A stretch of DNA of 64,000 nucleotides from Octopus vulgaris (GCA_951406725.2 OX597822.1:59768001-59832000); one strand, 5' to 3'. Counted from the first letter of the stretch, positions 40,980-55,840 are shown. Notes: generated from the sequence alone by a model not told the origin. Numbers and translations: made by a program.

Positions 40980-41510
40980 TCTTTCAGGTATCTATAACTG
41001 AGACCTTTTTGCGCCCAGCCATTCAAAGTAGACCTCACACATAGTTCCAGCAAGATGGGGCAACTGCTCTTACCGCAAGAAAAACAATGCAATGGCTACG
41101 GCAGTGCTTTGGAGAGAGAATATTCTCCCACTACGGCAATTTCAACTAGCCTTCACATTCTCCAGACTTGACTAGCCTGGACTTTTTCGTGTGGAGATAC
41201 TTTGAAGAGAGGGTTTACGTCAAAAACTGGAGACCCTGGTGCAAATGAAGTAGAGAAATCAGAGAAGTTGGGTCTGAAACTTTTGAGGGTGTTATAGTGC
41301 AAGTTTTGGAAAGAGCACAGGCGTGAGAAGCCGAAAATGGTTGCCATTTAAGCGATGTCATTTTTCACATGTGATGTAGTGGTGTTGCACAATTATGTAT
41401 ATTAATTTCAATTATGTCCTTTATATTGTATGAAAATTTCATGCATATATTTGTAAAGTTGAGGACGTTATTAAAAATCAAAACCCATCAGTGACTTTTG
41501 GGACCCCTCC
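40980..41510 (+). mobile_element. DD41D (rosa/VS-type) Tc1/mariner 3' relic
   Basis: FQQDGATALTARKTMQWLRQCFGERIFSHYGNFN*PSHSPDLTSLDFFVW has 41 residues between the two Asp. TIR-like end cttttgggacccc. Confidence 0.75.
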
Positions 41511-41535
41511 TCTCTCTATCTCTATCTCTCTCTCA

Positions 41536-41618
<83 letters not shown>

Positions 41619-41690
41619 TGTATGTATGTATGTATGCATGCATACATGTATGTATGCATATGTAAATATATATATATACATATATATATA

Positions 41691-42440
41691 TCGTATATAC
41701 TCGAGTTATAGTCGGTCTCATGTAAAAGTCGACCCCTTGTTTTGGCTAAAACTTGAGAGTTTTTCATAGCTCCCGTATAAAATTCGACCCCAGTATTTCA
41801 CGAACAACACCACATTTGTGGGTCAAGGTACTGTATTATCCTGTAGATAGAGATAACACTGTTATAAGATTGCGTGGCTACCTTACTATAGCCTGCTCTA
41901 TAGGTGGAATGCTTGGTGCTAATAATGGAATGCTCGCACCATTCAATAGCGAGCACTACACATCTGTTGATGCATGCTACATCACTATTACTAAAATGTA
42001 TGCATAGGATATGCTAAAAGCTTGCATACGTCTGCAAGCACAATGAACTCATGCGTAATACACTCGTTGTTTACATGGTGAGAAACATGTTTCACAGACA
42101 GCACTGTTGGTTAACACAGGCAAACGCCACTGTCTGAATTCGTACAAAAGGCATGACTTTGGTAAGCCTAAAAACATTCAACTAATCACTAGATCAGTGG
42201 TTCCCATGCTATCTTTATATTTTACTAGGACGTGTGTGTTGATGAACAGATTTGATAATATTACTGAAACTCATTGTGTTTTTGCGTTTATTCACTTGGA
42301 GATCACTTGGACTTGTGCTGCTGATACGGTACTTCGGATTGTGGTTTGAATTTCAGCCCCTCAGAAGTAGTATTCGTGTAATAGAAAACCCCATAAATTT
42401 GACTTTAAAAAATGGTCTACAAACTTTGACTTTTACGCGA

Positions 42441-42446
<6 letters not shown>
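41691..42446. mobile_element. Tc2/pogo-type non-autonomous DNA transposon
   Basis: Termini (t)cgtatatactcgagt and acgcgagtatat within (TA)n, with subterminal repeats (taaaagtcgacccc, taaaattcgacccc). Confidence 0.5.
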
Positions 42447-42476
<30 letters not shown>

Positions 42477-42605
42477 GCAATCAATCAGTATCTATAAACT
42501 TACATAGTATCTCACTGCAGCTTTCCATTTTAGTTACATATGTAATATATATACATACTGTTTAATTATTTAGTAATATTGTGTATGTTAGGTTCATTGT
42601 ATGTA

Positions 42606-43094
<489 letters not shown>

Positions 43095-43289
43095 ACACGT
43101 GTCATAAGAGGCAAGTACTATGACTTGTTCGTCTCTAACAACGTGCACGCCAAATTTACTATACTTTAATTCTCTTCTCTCCTATTCAAATGTTCCTTGT
43201 GCGTTTAAGGTTTTCCTGGAACGTTCAGTGCCAGGTGAACTAGTACTGAGCTGGCCCTTTTTCCAATATGTTTCTTCTTATGTTTACAT

Positions 43290-45650
43290 TAGTGTAAGCT
43301 TTACCTGCTCAGTTACTGCTAGGCGCAAAATATGACCTGCTAGGCAACATCGATGCAACACGACAACGTTTTGCAGCAGGCGGGTTGTGCTTAGCAGAAA
43401 AATTTCGTCATCTGTGATTCGGTCGGTTCGCCAGACGAATTTGAAGAAATTCCGTATGCATCGTTGGTAGAATGTGTCTAGCTTCCTCACCACAATCGCC
43501 CCATCGCCATCATTTTCATGTTTCATTGTTAGCAAAACTATTGCACGTAAAGTCGGATTTTCATTTTAGTAGTGATGGTTATTATTGTCTAGATTTACTA
43601 CGTGAACTGGAATACCTTGCTAATTCTACTGTCCCCGTAACTTTCTATGCATCTATCCCTACTGCTTGTTATTTGAGCCAGATAGCTGATTTTCGCAGTT
43701 CAATGTAATATCATCGGCAAAATTCAGATTACAAAGTATTTTCATTATACTCCAGTGAAGTCGTACAGTTCTCCCATTGGTTATCTTTGTTTCAAATCCT
43801 TCCGCTGGAAAAAGAGAATTGGAGGTAGGCTGCAGCTGGCGAATTCCACTGATGATATTACAGATCGGTTTATCCAGTATCCGTCCTGACATAGCAACTA
43901 GTCTTCCAGGAGACTGTTGGATATACCATGGCTGAAGAGATCTTCCATAATGACTACCGATAGATGCTGTCAAAACTTCTATAAAATTCACAGAGTAGAC
44001 CAGAAAAAAATACTGGAACTCAATGCACAGTTGTGCAGCATGTAAATTTATTCTCATAATGTCGGCGTGAAAATTCGCTGAGTGGAAGATGCAGCAAGAA
44101 CTAAACTTTGTTGCTTGTCCTCTCAAAAGCAATCAGTGTTCTGTCGAATCTTATTCAATCATGTAATTCGTAAAGCTTTTCTGATATAGAGAGCAAATTA
44201 TTTCCTCAACAATAGTTGCAGTGTATTAGGTTTTCATTTTTGAAAGTATTATAATAACCTGTTGTGGCCCAAGAGTTCAGCTGAAATTTTATGATAGCCA
44301 TCAGCTTTGTTACGTTTTAGTTTCTTCAGCGCTTGTATTTCTTCCTTGATCTAATCAGATCTTACAGAAATTCAGCTGGTGGATCTAAGTTGAAGTCAAA
44401 ACGTATGGCTGGATCTTGGTGGCCAGTTGAAATTTGCGCAAACCAACAGGATCTGTTCTTTTTATATAAACCAAATGTTACTAGTTTTGTCCTTGACATG
44501 CACACAGCTGTTACTTTTTAAACATGTTCTCTCTAACAAAACTATAAAGTGTTTTTGCATTGTTCTTGCTCTTGCGTCTTTTGGTGATTTTTGCCTTTTT
44601 CTTTCCATTCTTCCCTTTTTTTCCAGGTTTGTGGCTCCACTTCACTTGATAGTCTGATATCTAATATCTGTAACAGTCTGTTCTCTCCCCTTTGCGGTTT
44701 TTTCTTGATTCTATCTGTTCTTTAAGGCACAACGTAAATTATTTCGGTTTTGTGATCCTTATTCTGTACAATGTTCTTGTCTCCTTCCACTTCTGCGATT
44801 GATAGTACATTATGAGCTGTTAGTGCTATTATTTGCTCACTATTCCTCAATCTTGTGGAAGCTGAAGTTTATTCTTGGACGGAAAGTAGTACTGCACTGA
44901 TGTTGTGATGTCTTTTTGCTTTTTCGCGAGTAAAGGCTGATAACGTCCGTTTCTTTAACAGAACTTCACTATCACTTTCAGCAGGTTGTGATCTGCTCCA
45001 ACATCGGCACCTCACACATCATGTGAAGTGGTCTTCAAATTAAATTAGACAAAAGTAAATTTCTTTCTTGCTGTTCTCATCTTGCACGTTATTCTTACAT
45101 GTCCTTTTATGGATTATGTTGTGCACAAAATATGTGTTCCTGTTCATGATTCAGAACAATATCAAACGCCTTCATTTTTTACTGGTTTCCTTATTAGATC
45201 TATGTGACCCGAAAACGTGCACGGCTTAGCTTCTTGCCGTTCCCTTCTAATCTTTACATTGAAGCAGCTTGTTATTATAACTGGGGATAGCATTAGAGCT
45301 GAATCTTGCAGTTGCTCGTAGAAGACACTCATGTCTCTGCATCGTTTCATCTCCGGTGCATAAACTTGAATGAAGAGGTTCTTTACAAAGCTTTGAGTGA
45401 AAATACATAACGCAATAAGTTTCTTTTAACTTAGTATCAGAATGACTCACAAGTATGCTCGAACATATTACTGTTCTCTTTTCCTTGCTTGATTTTCCAC
45501 TTCATATCAAATTCAGGATGACAAGTAGGCAACTGCAAATAGTTTCAATAGTTGTGTAATCTTCTTGCTCTGATGCAATGTTTCTACAGTCCAGATTCTG
45601 ATAACTCTAATAGTTTTCGCGTCAAAACCGGCACATTGTGATTCCAACTT
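43290..45650 (-). mobile_element. Heavily decayed RTE-clade LINE (APE endonuclease + RT)
   Basis: In colinear order: IWTVETLHQ (APE N-term), GADVGADHNLL (SDH motif), CNY..NLLSISEKLY, LNFADDITL and KLDTFYQRCIR..W..RITDDEI..LAGHILRL. Confidence 0.7.
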
Positions 45651-45690
45651 CTTTGGTCCCTCATTATATATATATATATATATAAAGAAT

Positions 45691-45721
<31 letters not shown>

Positions 45722-45816
45722 ATATATATATATACACACACACACACATATATAAACATATATATATACACATAAATATGTATATATATATATATGTATA
45801 TATGTGCATATATATA

Positions 45817-45877
<61 letters not shown>

Positions 45878-46096
45878 GTATGTATATTTGTAATGAATAG
45901 CACGCCATCGAGAATCTAAGCAATTAAATGCTTAATGATCTTTCGATTTTGCTCTGGTAAATTTGTTGTAGCAAATCGACTTGCCTGTAGAACAAGACAG
46001 AACTTTTCTTGCCATCCTAACATTGTATTATAAAAATACTCGAACAAAGTGATGTAGCTACAACAGAAGTAACACACACACACACACACACACACT

Positions 46097-46141
<45 letters not shown>

Positions 46142-46457
46142 TTCTCTCTCTCTCATTCTCTCTCACTCTCACACACACACATACATACATACTGTCGTCC
46201 TTTCTATAACTGTTTCCGAGTTAAACAACAAATGGTGAGTATGGCTTGATGATCGCCTTTTGTCAAAGGATGAAAAGAGTTACGTAATAAATAGTAAAGA
46301 CAAAAACAGTATATACATGGGTAGACCTAGGAAAGAAAGGAAAGAAAATAGTTATAGTGCTAAGTAGTACTTAAACCATAGAATTTAAACCATACTTGTA
46401 TGCATATATATATGTATGTTTGTATGTAAATATGTATGTATGTCATATATATATAAC

Positions 46458-46537
<80 letters not shown>

Positions 46538-46839
46538 ATATATATATTTATGCGTGCGTGTATGTATATATGTATATATATATATGTATGTATGTATGTA
46601 TATACACAAATATGCATGTACACAGTATGTATATACCCGCACAAATTCATACCTACTGCATACTTACGTACGTACTTTCTTGTATGTATGCATGTATGAA
46701 TTATGTAGGTAGGTAGATAGGTAGGTAGGTAGGTAGGAAGGTAGGTAGGAAGGTAGGTAGGTAGGCAAGTAGGTAGGTAGGTAGGTATTAAAGCTGGCAT
46801 CCATACATGCAAGCGTGTGCGTGCATGTGCGTGAATGTG

Positions 46840-46901
<62 letters not shown>

Positions 46902-47389
46902 TGTGTCTGTGTCTTAGTGACAGATAGATACAGACATAGAGAAATAGATAGGTAGACAATCCTTTTCCAAATAAGTTATATTCAATAAAGCTATATTCTT
47001 TGAAACGGTTCACAAAATAAATATTGTATAATTCTATGTCAGATTTCTATTATGTCTTTCTATCTTTTATATTTACTTTAAGGACAAAAAAACCTTTTGT
47101 TCGTTTATTTTCTTTCTGTTTACATTCAAATTATAAAACTCCTACATATATTAACTCTGCTAGAGAAATACTTTTTTCCTAATCATTGCCACTCCACACC
47201 TTTCTTCTTTTATCCTTCTTTTCTTCCTTTTTCTTCTTCCATTCTTGCTTTTTATAGCTCTTATTTCTTCTTCGTCGTCGTCGTCGTCATCGCCATCGTC
47301 GTAGTATTTTTTCTTCTTTTCCAACCTCCTCTCTCCTCCACCCCTACCTTTATATCGCCCTACCTTTGAGATTGCCTTTTCACAACCGA

Positions 47390-47887
47390 AAGCAGGTGTT
47401 GGTTAGTTGATGTTCAAGTTTACTGCCTCGTACTATGCGTGAGATGCGAATAGCACTCACACTGTCGGTCTTATTCCAGCTGATGTAGTCTCTGATTGGC
47501 ACGATTAGAGGAACAAAGCTACAGAAACCCGTTTTCATTGGTCATCTGGCGCGACTTTCAAACTCGTATACCTTTGTGTAAACTTTGGCATATACACTCG
47601 ACCTCATTCACAAACATAACACTGTCTTCTATTGACGATCACCTTTAAATACTGGGCTTTCCCTCACAGTGTGTCATATTTGCCTTGTCTGTTCACCGGA
47701 CTTATTCGGAGAATTCAGTGAGTTCGTTTCCACACAGAAACTCCTTTGTGAGTGTGAGTGTGTGTATTAAGTCGCTATTCAATACGTTGACTAGCATCGC
47801 CTTCGCAGGGGCAAGTGGACTGGTGATATTTATATAAACACTATATATTTAAGCTCTCATTAGATAATCCCTAATAAGACAATCAAC
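47390..47887 (+). promoter_or_regulatory. Putative promoter and 5'UTR of the Delta-like gene
   Basis: Unique, non-repetitive sequence directly upstream of the ATG. It has E-boxes GCAGGTG (47392), CAGCTG (47477) and CATCTG (47543), two reverse CCAAT boxes (47495, 47537) and a TATA-like TTTAAA (47644). Confidence 0.45.
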
Positions 47888-47944
47888 ATGCTTCAGTTAA
47901 CTAGTAGTCTTCTGCTCTGCACCCTTGTTGCTGTAACAATCTCT
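47888..47944 (+). CDS. Delta/Serrate-like Notch ligand, coding exon 1 (signal peptide MLQLTSSLLLCTLVAVTIS)
   Basis: ATG in context caacATG, 19 codons with a hydrophobic core, followed by a perfect donor GTAAGT at 47945 (phase 0). Joins in frame to the exon at 53482. Confidence 0.8.
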
Positions 47945-50467
47945 GTAAGTATTCTATTCCTAAGTTTTACATTCCTTAAAATGTAAACACATACGTACAT
48001 GCACACACGAGTAAACACATACACATATTTCATTTACATAAAAATGCACTTATGGATATACACATATATATACAGACTCAAATATACATAAATACATGCA
48101 CATGGATTACATCACCTCCCGTTATTACAATATAAACAGATGTTATGCTGCGCTTCAGTGACAGTACAAATTCATAAACATACACAGATATGTATCATGT
48201 ATGTACGCATATATGAATGTATGTATGTATGTGTATGTATGGATGGATGTATGTATGTACGTATGTATGTATGTATGTATGTATGTATATACGACCATCA
48301 AACACCTTTAATTATTTGTGTACATTTATAAATTAATACTACACCTGTAAACGTGCAGGAACGCATCCAAGTGTATAAAAGTTTGTGCGAATGAAATCAA
48401 CAGTTTATGTTTATGTAATGATTATTAATTAGCCATGGGTGATTATTATATGAATATATTATTAAATATACTATTTGGAGTATTTATATGCGTGTGTGTT
48501 TGTAAGTCGCTTGTTTTAAGACACATAACAACGCGCACTCTTTCTCTCCCTTATTCATGCACACACACTCACACACACAACATCCACAGAAATCTGTCGC
48601 CACAGTAATAAAATGGCTAGACGTATATAATCATTGCTGATTACACATACATACTCGTACAACTACTTCAGTTACTAACGACATATGCATTGATATTACG
48701 TAATTCTATGAATATGTATCTATGTATGTAATTATGTATGGACGTATGTGTGTGTGTGCGTATTTATATACCTGTAAATCTATTTGAATTTACGAGTATG
48801 TGTATTCATTAATGACGTTTGTATATTGATTAAAGGTTTGTTATGAAAATCTATAGAACATCATTTTCTGCATGAAATTAATGACATTATTTGTGATAGT
48901 TTGAGACAGAACATGATGTGAAACATTGTCCTCAGGTAGATGGAGATGTAGTCATACCTCACCGTTTGACCGACTATGTACAATGTAGATAGACAACAAC
49001 CATAATAATAATGAATGGAAACTGTAGCTTGAATATAGATTCATGTGCAAAATTATTTAACTGACATTTAATCAATTCAATATTTAATGAATTTATTTGT
49101 AAACTGTTTAGGCGAAAGCAATGTAGTAAAACGTAACTTCTCTTGTAACGAAGTGGACTAGGTTCAGTCCGTGTTTGTAACCATCACATTTCATAAATCG
49201 CAAATCTTTCGCCCTATAACTTACAATTATGTTTTTTTTTTTCTTTTGTATGTAGTTTAAAGGACCTCACGAAATTTTAGTAGGGCACCAGACTAAATTT
49301 GGTTTAATCATTCTCCATTCCAAATTAAAACCCTACTCGAATCAACTTCATCCTCACCACCTCCCATGCTACTGTATCAGTATAATATTCGACAATATTA
49401 TACTCACATCGATATTAATAACCTTCACAAAACCCGTGTTAGAAATCAAACTGAACAAGATCGATGTGGGCCCTGATTGAGCTTATTTAAGATTGAAAAT
49501 ATTGACCGAGTGGGCCCTGATTGAGCTTATTTAAGATTGAAAATATTCACTCAATATCTTTTCCCTTTTTATCTGAGAATCTGGGGATCGCCACTAGCGT
49601 GCAGCACATAAAAGTCATGATATCATTATTTACAACGAGTCACATCGATAAGAGAATGGAAATGGGATTTTGCGACATTCTTGTATTTTAAGACCTTCAT
49701 GTAAAAAAATGTAATGAAATGAAATACAATCGAAGCTGAATCGTGGCTCAAATATAAAAGAGGCTTATTTCTCAGCCTTACATAGCTTACTACATAAAAC
49801 AGACTGCATTGCTCAGGCTTTAAGATGGAAATGAACATGTGGCATTCTCAAAATCTCCTCCATCCATTTACTCTCTGTCTCTAACTAAAGATGCAATCTA
49901 CTGCCACCCCATAATTTTGCCAATACTGAAAATGGCGATCCGAAGACGTCAGATGCCGAGGGATTGGGTGGAGATGAGTCTTATAGCACTGTTTCAACTC
50001 TACAAGTATAGTGTATCCTCCTGACTCCTGATGGAGCCCAACCATTTCTGACCACTCTACATCAAATGAGCCAAAACATAACAGTTACATTGTGTTTCAT
50101 CTGCCCCCAGTTGTGTACTGTTCCTACCGATGATGCTTATTTACAATTAGCTCATCTGGTCTGGCCGCTGTCACATGTCGTTGCTATTGGTAAAGCAAAG
50201 CACATCACTTGGGACATATGAACAATGAAATTTTCTTCCTGAAGATCGATAAGTAGTAATCAACTCAGTTATCTTATTCCCGCAAATAGATACGTAACCT
50301 CAATTAAAGACTGAATGCTAGTTGTGTCGACAGAATATCAGAACGAGTCGATAGGTTGTGTAGGACCACTGCTTCGTGTCTCAATATGAGTGCCACATTG
50401 AGCTAACAATGAACAAGGACCATGTCTACAACGTATTCATTTCTTTAAGCAATAATTAACAAGTGTA

Positions 50468-50862
50468 AAGCTGCGAGTTGACAGAATATTTACCACGCCA
50501 GGTAAAATGCTTAGCCGCATTTCGTCCCTCTTTATGTTCTGAGTTTAAATTCCGCCCAGGTCGACTTTGTTTTTCATCCCCTTTGGAGATCGATAAAATA
50601 AGTGCCACTTGAGCACTGGGGTCGATGTAATCGACTCACCCTTCCCCGAAGACGCTAGCTTTGAGCCTGTTATATCGCAATACTACGCAGTGGCTGTGTG
50701 AGCTACGAAATCCTCGTCGCCACTGTTATATCGCACGTTCGGATGACCTCTACTCATCTCCTCTCAGACGTCTAGACTTCTCCCTCTATATCTACGTATT
50801 GGGCTAGCCAACTTCATCGTCTGGGGGTGTCGACACAATAGAGCCAAAATTTAAAACCAATG
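50468..50862 (+). mobile_element. SINE family B variant hosting the LTR relic
   Basis: Family B body at 50468-50667; its tail resumes after 50845. Confidence 0.7.
50668..50840 (-). mobile_element. Internally deleted LTR retrotransposon: LTR + tRNA-Ser PBS + last 12 bp of the 3' LTR
   Basis: 5-bp TSD GAGCC (50663-50667 / 50841-50845). LTR at 50724-50840, followed on the minus strand by TGGCGACGAGGAT (50710-50722). The LTR end tgcgatataaca is repeated at 50668-50679. Confidence 0.8.
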
Positions 50863-50934
50863 ATTAGCTAGTGTCTCATTCTTGAGCATATGATTAGTTG
50901 AAAACCCGCCATACGCCACATATTATCTTATTGA

Positions 50935-51200
50935 GACACAGGTATCTCGTGTTGCCGTTTGAGATCAACTACATTTGAGATACAGATGTCTCGTACTATA
51001 AATGCTAAATGTCACAATGCTAGATTAAATACAACTGTGGTACAGATGTCGCGTATTATAACGCTAGATCAAATGTAACTGTAACACAGATGTATCATGT
51101 CACAATGCAAGATCAAATAAACTGAGAGATAGATGTTTCGCATTACAATATTGGATCAAATACAGCCGTAACACAGATGTCACCTTGCAATATTAAATGA
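50935..51200. repeat. Degenerate ~44-bp minisatellite
   Basis: Unit ~acagatgtctcgtattacaatgctagatcaaatacaactgtaac. CAGATG at 50983, 51043, 51087 and 51174. Confidence 0.7.
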
Positions 51201-52102
51201 AATACAAAACAAAACAATGCAAAAAGATAAGAGAAATTTCAAAATATTTAGAAAGCAAAGCAAAATCAAGTTAAAAATTAACATAAATAACAGCTGAACC
51301 ACACACACACACACACACACACATACACACGGTCACACGATGACACACACATACATGCAATTTCACACATACATGCAATTTCATGCAAAACATATTAATA
51401 TTTTATCTCAAGATGCCTTTTTCATTGTTGCATATCTGCTAGATGTCTTTTCCAGTGTTGTATGAGCTACCCGAGAATTTATTCAGTGTTGTATAGTTTG
51501 TCAGATAATCTGATCAATGCTGTTTAAGCGAGAGATATTATATTCAGTTCTATGTGACCATCAGATCATTTATTCCAGGTCAGAACAGAAACACTGTAAA
51601 TTCAGTAAGTTTAAATAAATGCTGGAATTATTTAAAGCCCGAAAGACATCGTTAAATTTCAACTAATCCGCCTCAGCAGATTACGACGGGAATAATAATA
51701 TTCAGTGTTATCTATTTGTTCAACATCCTGGACTGGCCACGATGCGGCACTTTCTTGGATATAGTTGGTTACATCAATTTCGCTATTTATTCTATCGACA
51801 TCATTAATACATCAATGGGATTTGAGCATATATGAACGCAACAGAATGCTGCAAGTTATTTTATCCAATGCCTATACGATTCAGCATTCCCCTATTGTAT
51901 ATGTATATATATATGTGTGTGTGTGTGTGCAGTGAGCTAGTGGATGTGTGTGCATACATGGATACACACGCACACACACACACGTATATATATGCATACA
52001 TATATATGCATATATATCTATACATACATACATACTTATATACACACAAATATACATATATGCATATATATATATATATAAGATAGATAGATAGATAGAT
52101 AT

Positions 52103-52141
<39 letters not shown>

Positions 52142-53481
52142 CGCACATACATACATACATGCATACATCCATCCATCCATCCATCCATACATACATACAT
52201 ACATACATACATACATACATACATACATACATACATACATGGATAGATGGGTAGATGGATGCGCAGCTGGGTGTATAAGTGGCTGTGCATATACGTATAC
52301 ATTAGTCATCTAGTTTTATCGTCTGAACATCACCGTCTACTGCGTAGTAGCCAGTATGTAATGTTTAATGTCAATAAATTGTATAGACATATAAACATAC
52401 AAGCAGATGTAAACAAATTCATTGACACATATTTGCTAGCGAACGCACAGGCATGTGTGTGTGTGCTTGTATGTGTGTGAGCGCGTGTGTGTGTGTGCTT
52501 GTATGTGTGTGAGCGCGTGTGTGTGTGTGCTTGTATGTGTGTGAGCGCGTGTGTGTGTGTGCATGCGTCTGTGCGTAGACCTGTGTGAGTGCACCTAAAA
52601 TATTCATGAGTATAAATACGGTTTTCTGTACTCAATGGTATCACTAAATATTTACCTGTTTATAATCTGCATTAATCTTCGCAATCACCTTTTATTAATC
52701 TCATATTGAACAAATATCAATATTGAAAAATAAAAAAAAAGCACTATTCTCCTTACACAGAATGGATCAATGCAGACACACATTTATATAAATATGTGTG
52801 CATGGTTGTTTGTTTGGTTGGTTGTATGTTTGTGTGGACTGGCGTGAGTGTTGTGTATGTGTGTGTGTATAAATCATTTGTATCAATTTCTTACATCGAA
52901 ACATGACACGTATATTGAAAGGGAACCATATATATCGCCTGTTGTTAAGTTATCAAATATATTGTGTTTATGTTATAACAATAAATAAATATATAACATT
53001 TTTGTAGTTATTCTATTAAACACACTGAAGTTATGTTCCCAAATTTAATTGTCATACTTATTGCAGTCATGCCATCAAAATTGTGTTCTCAAACTTATTG
53101 TTGCTATAAACTTGCTGTTACGTTGTCAAGCTTAATGTAGTTGTGTCCGAGCTTATGCTATCAATCTAGAGGGATGCGAAACAATATATCTCCCATAAAT
53201 TAATTGAAGTACAAAATACATGATTTACCATCATCAATCACATTTGCAACTTGAACGCGCCATCATAAGAAAGGTAGATCTAATATTTAATGAGTATTAA
53301 ATTGTTTGTATTTATATATCCGGCATGAATATTACTCCAGGCTAACTATTATACCCTTTTGGATACAATGAAAATGATCGTAAAGAGTTAAAAGAGAGTT
53401 TATTTTCAATCAATAATAAAATGCACAAATGTTAAGTGTGATAAACATATCTAATAAAGTGTTCTTATTGTTCCTTTGCAG

Positions 53482-53671
53482 CCAATTGTAGCAAACTATG
53501 TTATTGATGTGAAACTAATCAAGTTTGAAAATTTCAATCGTTTACTGGCTAACAGACGTCAATGCTCAAACTTCGGAACTGTACAATGTCAAACAAGTCT
53601 CAGTCTTTGTGCCAGACCTGACAGTGGCACAGTAACGTGTGAATATGGAACGAGAGATATGGGAGTTATCG
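53482..53671 (+). CDS. Delta/Serrate-like Notch ligand, coding exon 2 (MNNL/C2 domain, N-terminal part)
   Basis: Acceptor ttcctttgcAG and donor G|GTAAGT. Translation PIVANYVIDVKLIKFENFNRLLANRRQCSNFGTVQCQTSLSLCARPDSGTVTCEYGTRDMGVI(G) follows the MNNL pattern (F/I-E/D-x-x-L-x-x-F-x-N ... C ... CxTxxxxC ... CxYG ... VI/LG). Confidence 0.85.
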
Positions 53672-53899
53672 GTAAGTACGTCGTTATACATAAAAATAAA
53701 AAAGTCGAGTAAATATGATCCTTGGTCTTAAGTTCAAAACTACCACAAGAATAGTGTAATGGTTTTGTGTTATAATTAATTCTTTGAGAGGCAGTTTAGG
53801 TTCTTTTTAAGTCTTAGGACTCTCTATAAAAGAACAAGCGCGCTGACATCCAAATCAAAGTAATCTCTAATCATAAAAGACTCACAATTTTCTAGAGTA

Positions 53900-54889
53900 T
53901 CAGCGACACAGTAAGGGTTAAAAGATGCTTTTTCGCACCTCTCTGTGTGGAATCTCTTGTCTATCTAACCACAGCCGATAATTTTACTTTATCAACCACC
54001 GCTTGTCCATGTTGAATCCCCTTAGGGCAGCATTCCCTCCGAGAAACCTTCTGCATTGGCTTTTTGATTTATATTCAATTCCATTTTACGCATGGGGCAA
54101 AACTCCTACTTCGTTCCTCCTTCGTTCTACCAGCCTTGTCATAATGAGTGCATACACGCCAAATTTTAAAAAAACCTCCAATCACTTCTAGCTAGCCGAG
54201 CGTTCATACCTGCCAATATGCCTTCCATTACGCATGAACACTACGCTATAATACTGCATCCTGTGCTCACCAAATTCTTCAACTTTTTATTCAAAGGTCT
54301 ATTTCGATTGTTGATATTTCAAAATGGATGGAATCAATCATTAACAATCCCCACTCTAATATGTTAGTTTTTTTCCTCCCCAGTAATATTCTCGTACATT
54401 ACCACCAGTCCTGTTTTCGGGCTATTGATTTACATTGGCATTTACATTGGATTGAAAGTTTCTTACGAGATAGCTTCAATACATCTTCAGTTAGGGCTCT
54501 TTGTGTAGGAGTACGAAATCACAGTCACACTTTCAACATCGCAAAGACGCAATTATTGTTCATATCAAATGAACAATCTTGTGCGTCACTATCTTTAGTT
54601 CGGTATAACACGTAATTTAAAACTTCATAATATAGATAAAATATAACACGTAATTGAAAATTTTATAATATAGCTAAAATAAATATATACTAGCTTGCTA
54701 AAGGTAGTGGTATGTCGCCAGCTAACTCGGTAGAACAGAGGCCGTTTTTGTAATGACGGAAGGAAATTGGCTTATAGATTAGGTTTGATGAGCTAATGAG
54801 GGAGATCTGGTAGTCACCTTTTACGTCTGGCCTAGGACGCTTGTGTGTCTTTGTCTGTGTTTGTGTCTGTGTACTACTACTACTACTAC

Positions 54890-54948
<59 letters not shown>

Positions 54949-54955
54949 GTAGTAA

Positions 54956-54997
<42 letters not shown>

Positions 54998-55160
54998 CAG
55001 CAGTAGTAGTAGTAGTAGTAGTACACTAGTTGTGGCGGCAAGGTGAGTGAAATCCCAGATATGTGAGCAGTACTCTACTGTTTGACATGTGTAGGCTTTT
55101 TCGATCGTTCGCAACTGATGGTTTCTGTACATGAAAATAAAGATTAGTCTTTGCAATGCA
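53900..55160. mobile_element. Fragmentary CR1/Jockey-like RT remnants in intron 2
   Basis: Plus strand: SKWMESIIN, Q..FR, WIESFL and FNIAKTQ. Minus strand near 55050-55100: VEYCSHIW. Confidence 0.35.
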
Positions 55161-55840
55161 ATGCTGGCAATACAGTATACATGATGATTTCATGAATAAT
55201 CAACAGGAGACTTGCTAGAATGTTTAACAATTCTTTAGGGTTTGGACTTGGTGTTGTTCTAATGTAGAATCTTTACTTAAAGTTCTAACGTTTGTACTAT
55301 GAAGGAAATTACTTTAACATGGCACCAAGGGCAATGCTTTTGTTGCCTTTTAACATGAACTGCAGTGTAAATTTTATGCAAGGTATTGAGCTTCTATATA
55401 GACGACACTTTTTTTTTTACAGAAACTTAAGGAGGATTTTAAACTGATATCATCTAAGTTTGCGTGTCTGTTTGGTCACACATCGTATGAGTATGAATCT
55501 ACACTGATTGCTTGAGCAGTGGAGAGAGTGGAAAAGAAAGAACATCAAATTGAATTCCTATTTTTACAAGTTCAACTGCAGAAAAGAAGTTATAAAAAGA
55601 ATACGAATAACATCAAACTAGTTCTTTATTTATTTTAAGAAATATAAGTAAACCCCCATTCTTAGACTCATAGAGACATACAAATCGAGTGAATCCATCT
55701 CTCTATATTATGATTCTTACTTAATATGTTCATTTATTTCGACCATCCCCAGAAGCTTATATTCCTGTATGCTTGCATATATAAGTATATATTCATATAT
55801 ATGTATGTGTGCGCAAATATATCTACCTATCTATCTATCA

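Noticed and set aside
49466-49547. Two identical 38-bp direct repeats, superficially CRISPR-like
   Set aside because: Only two units with a 6-bp spacer, no cas genes, eukaryotic intron; a simple tandem duplication.
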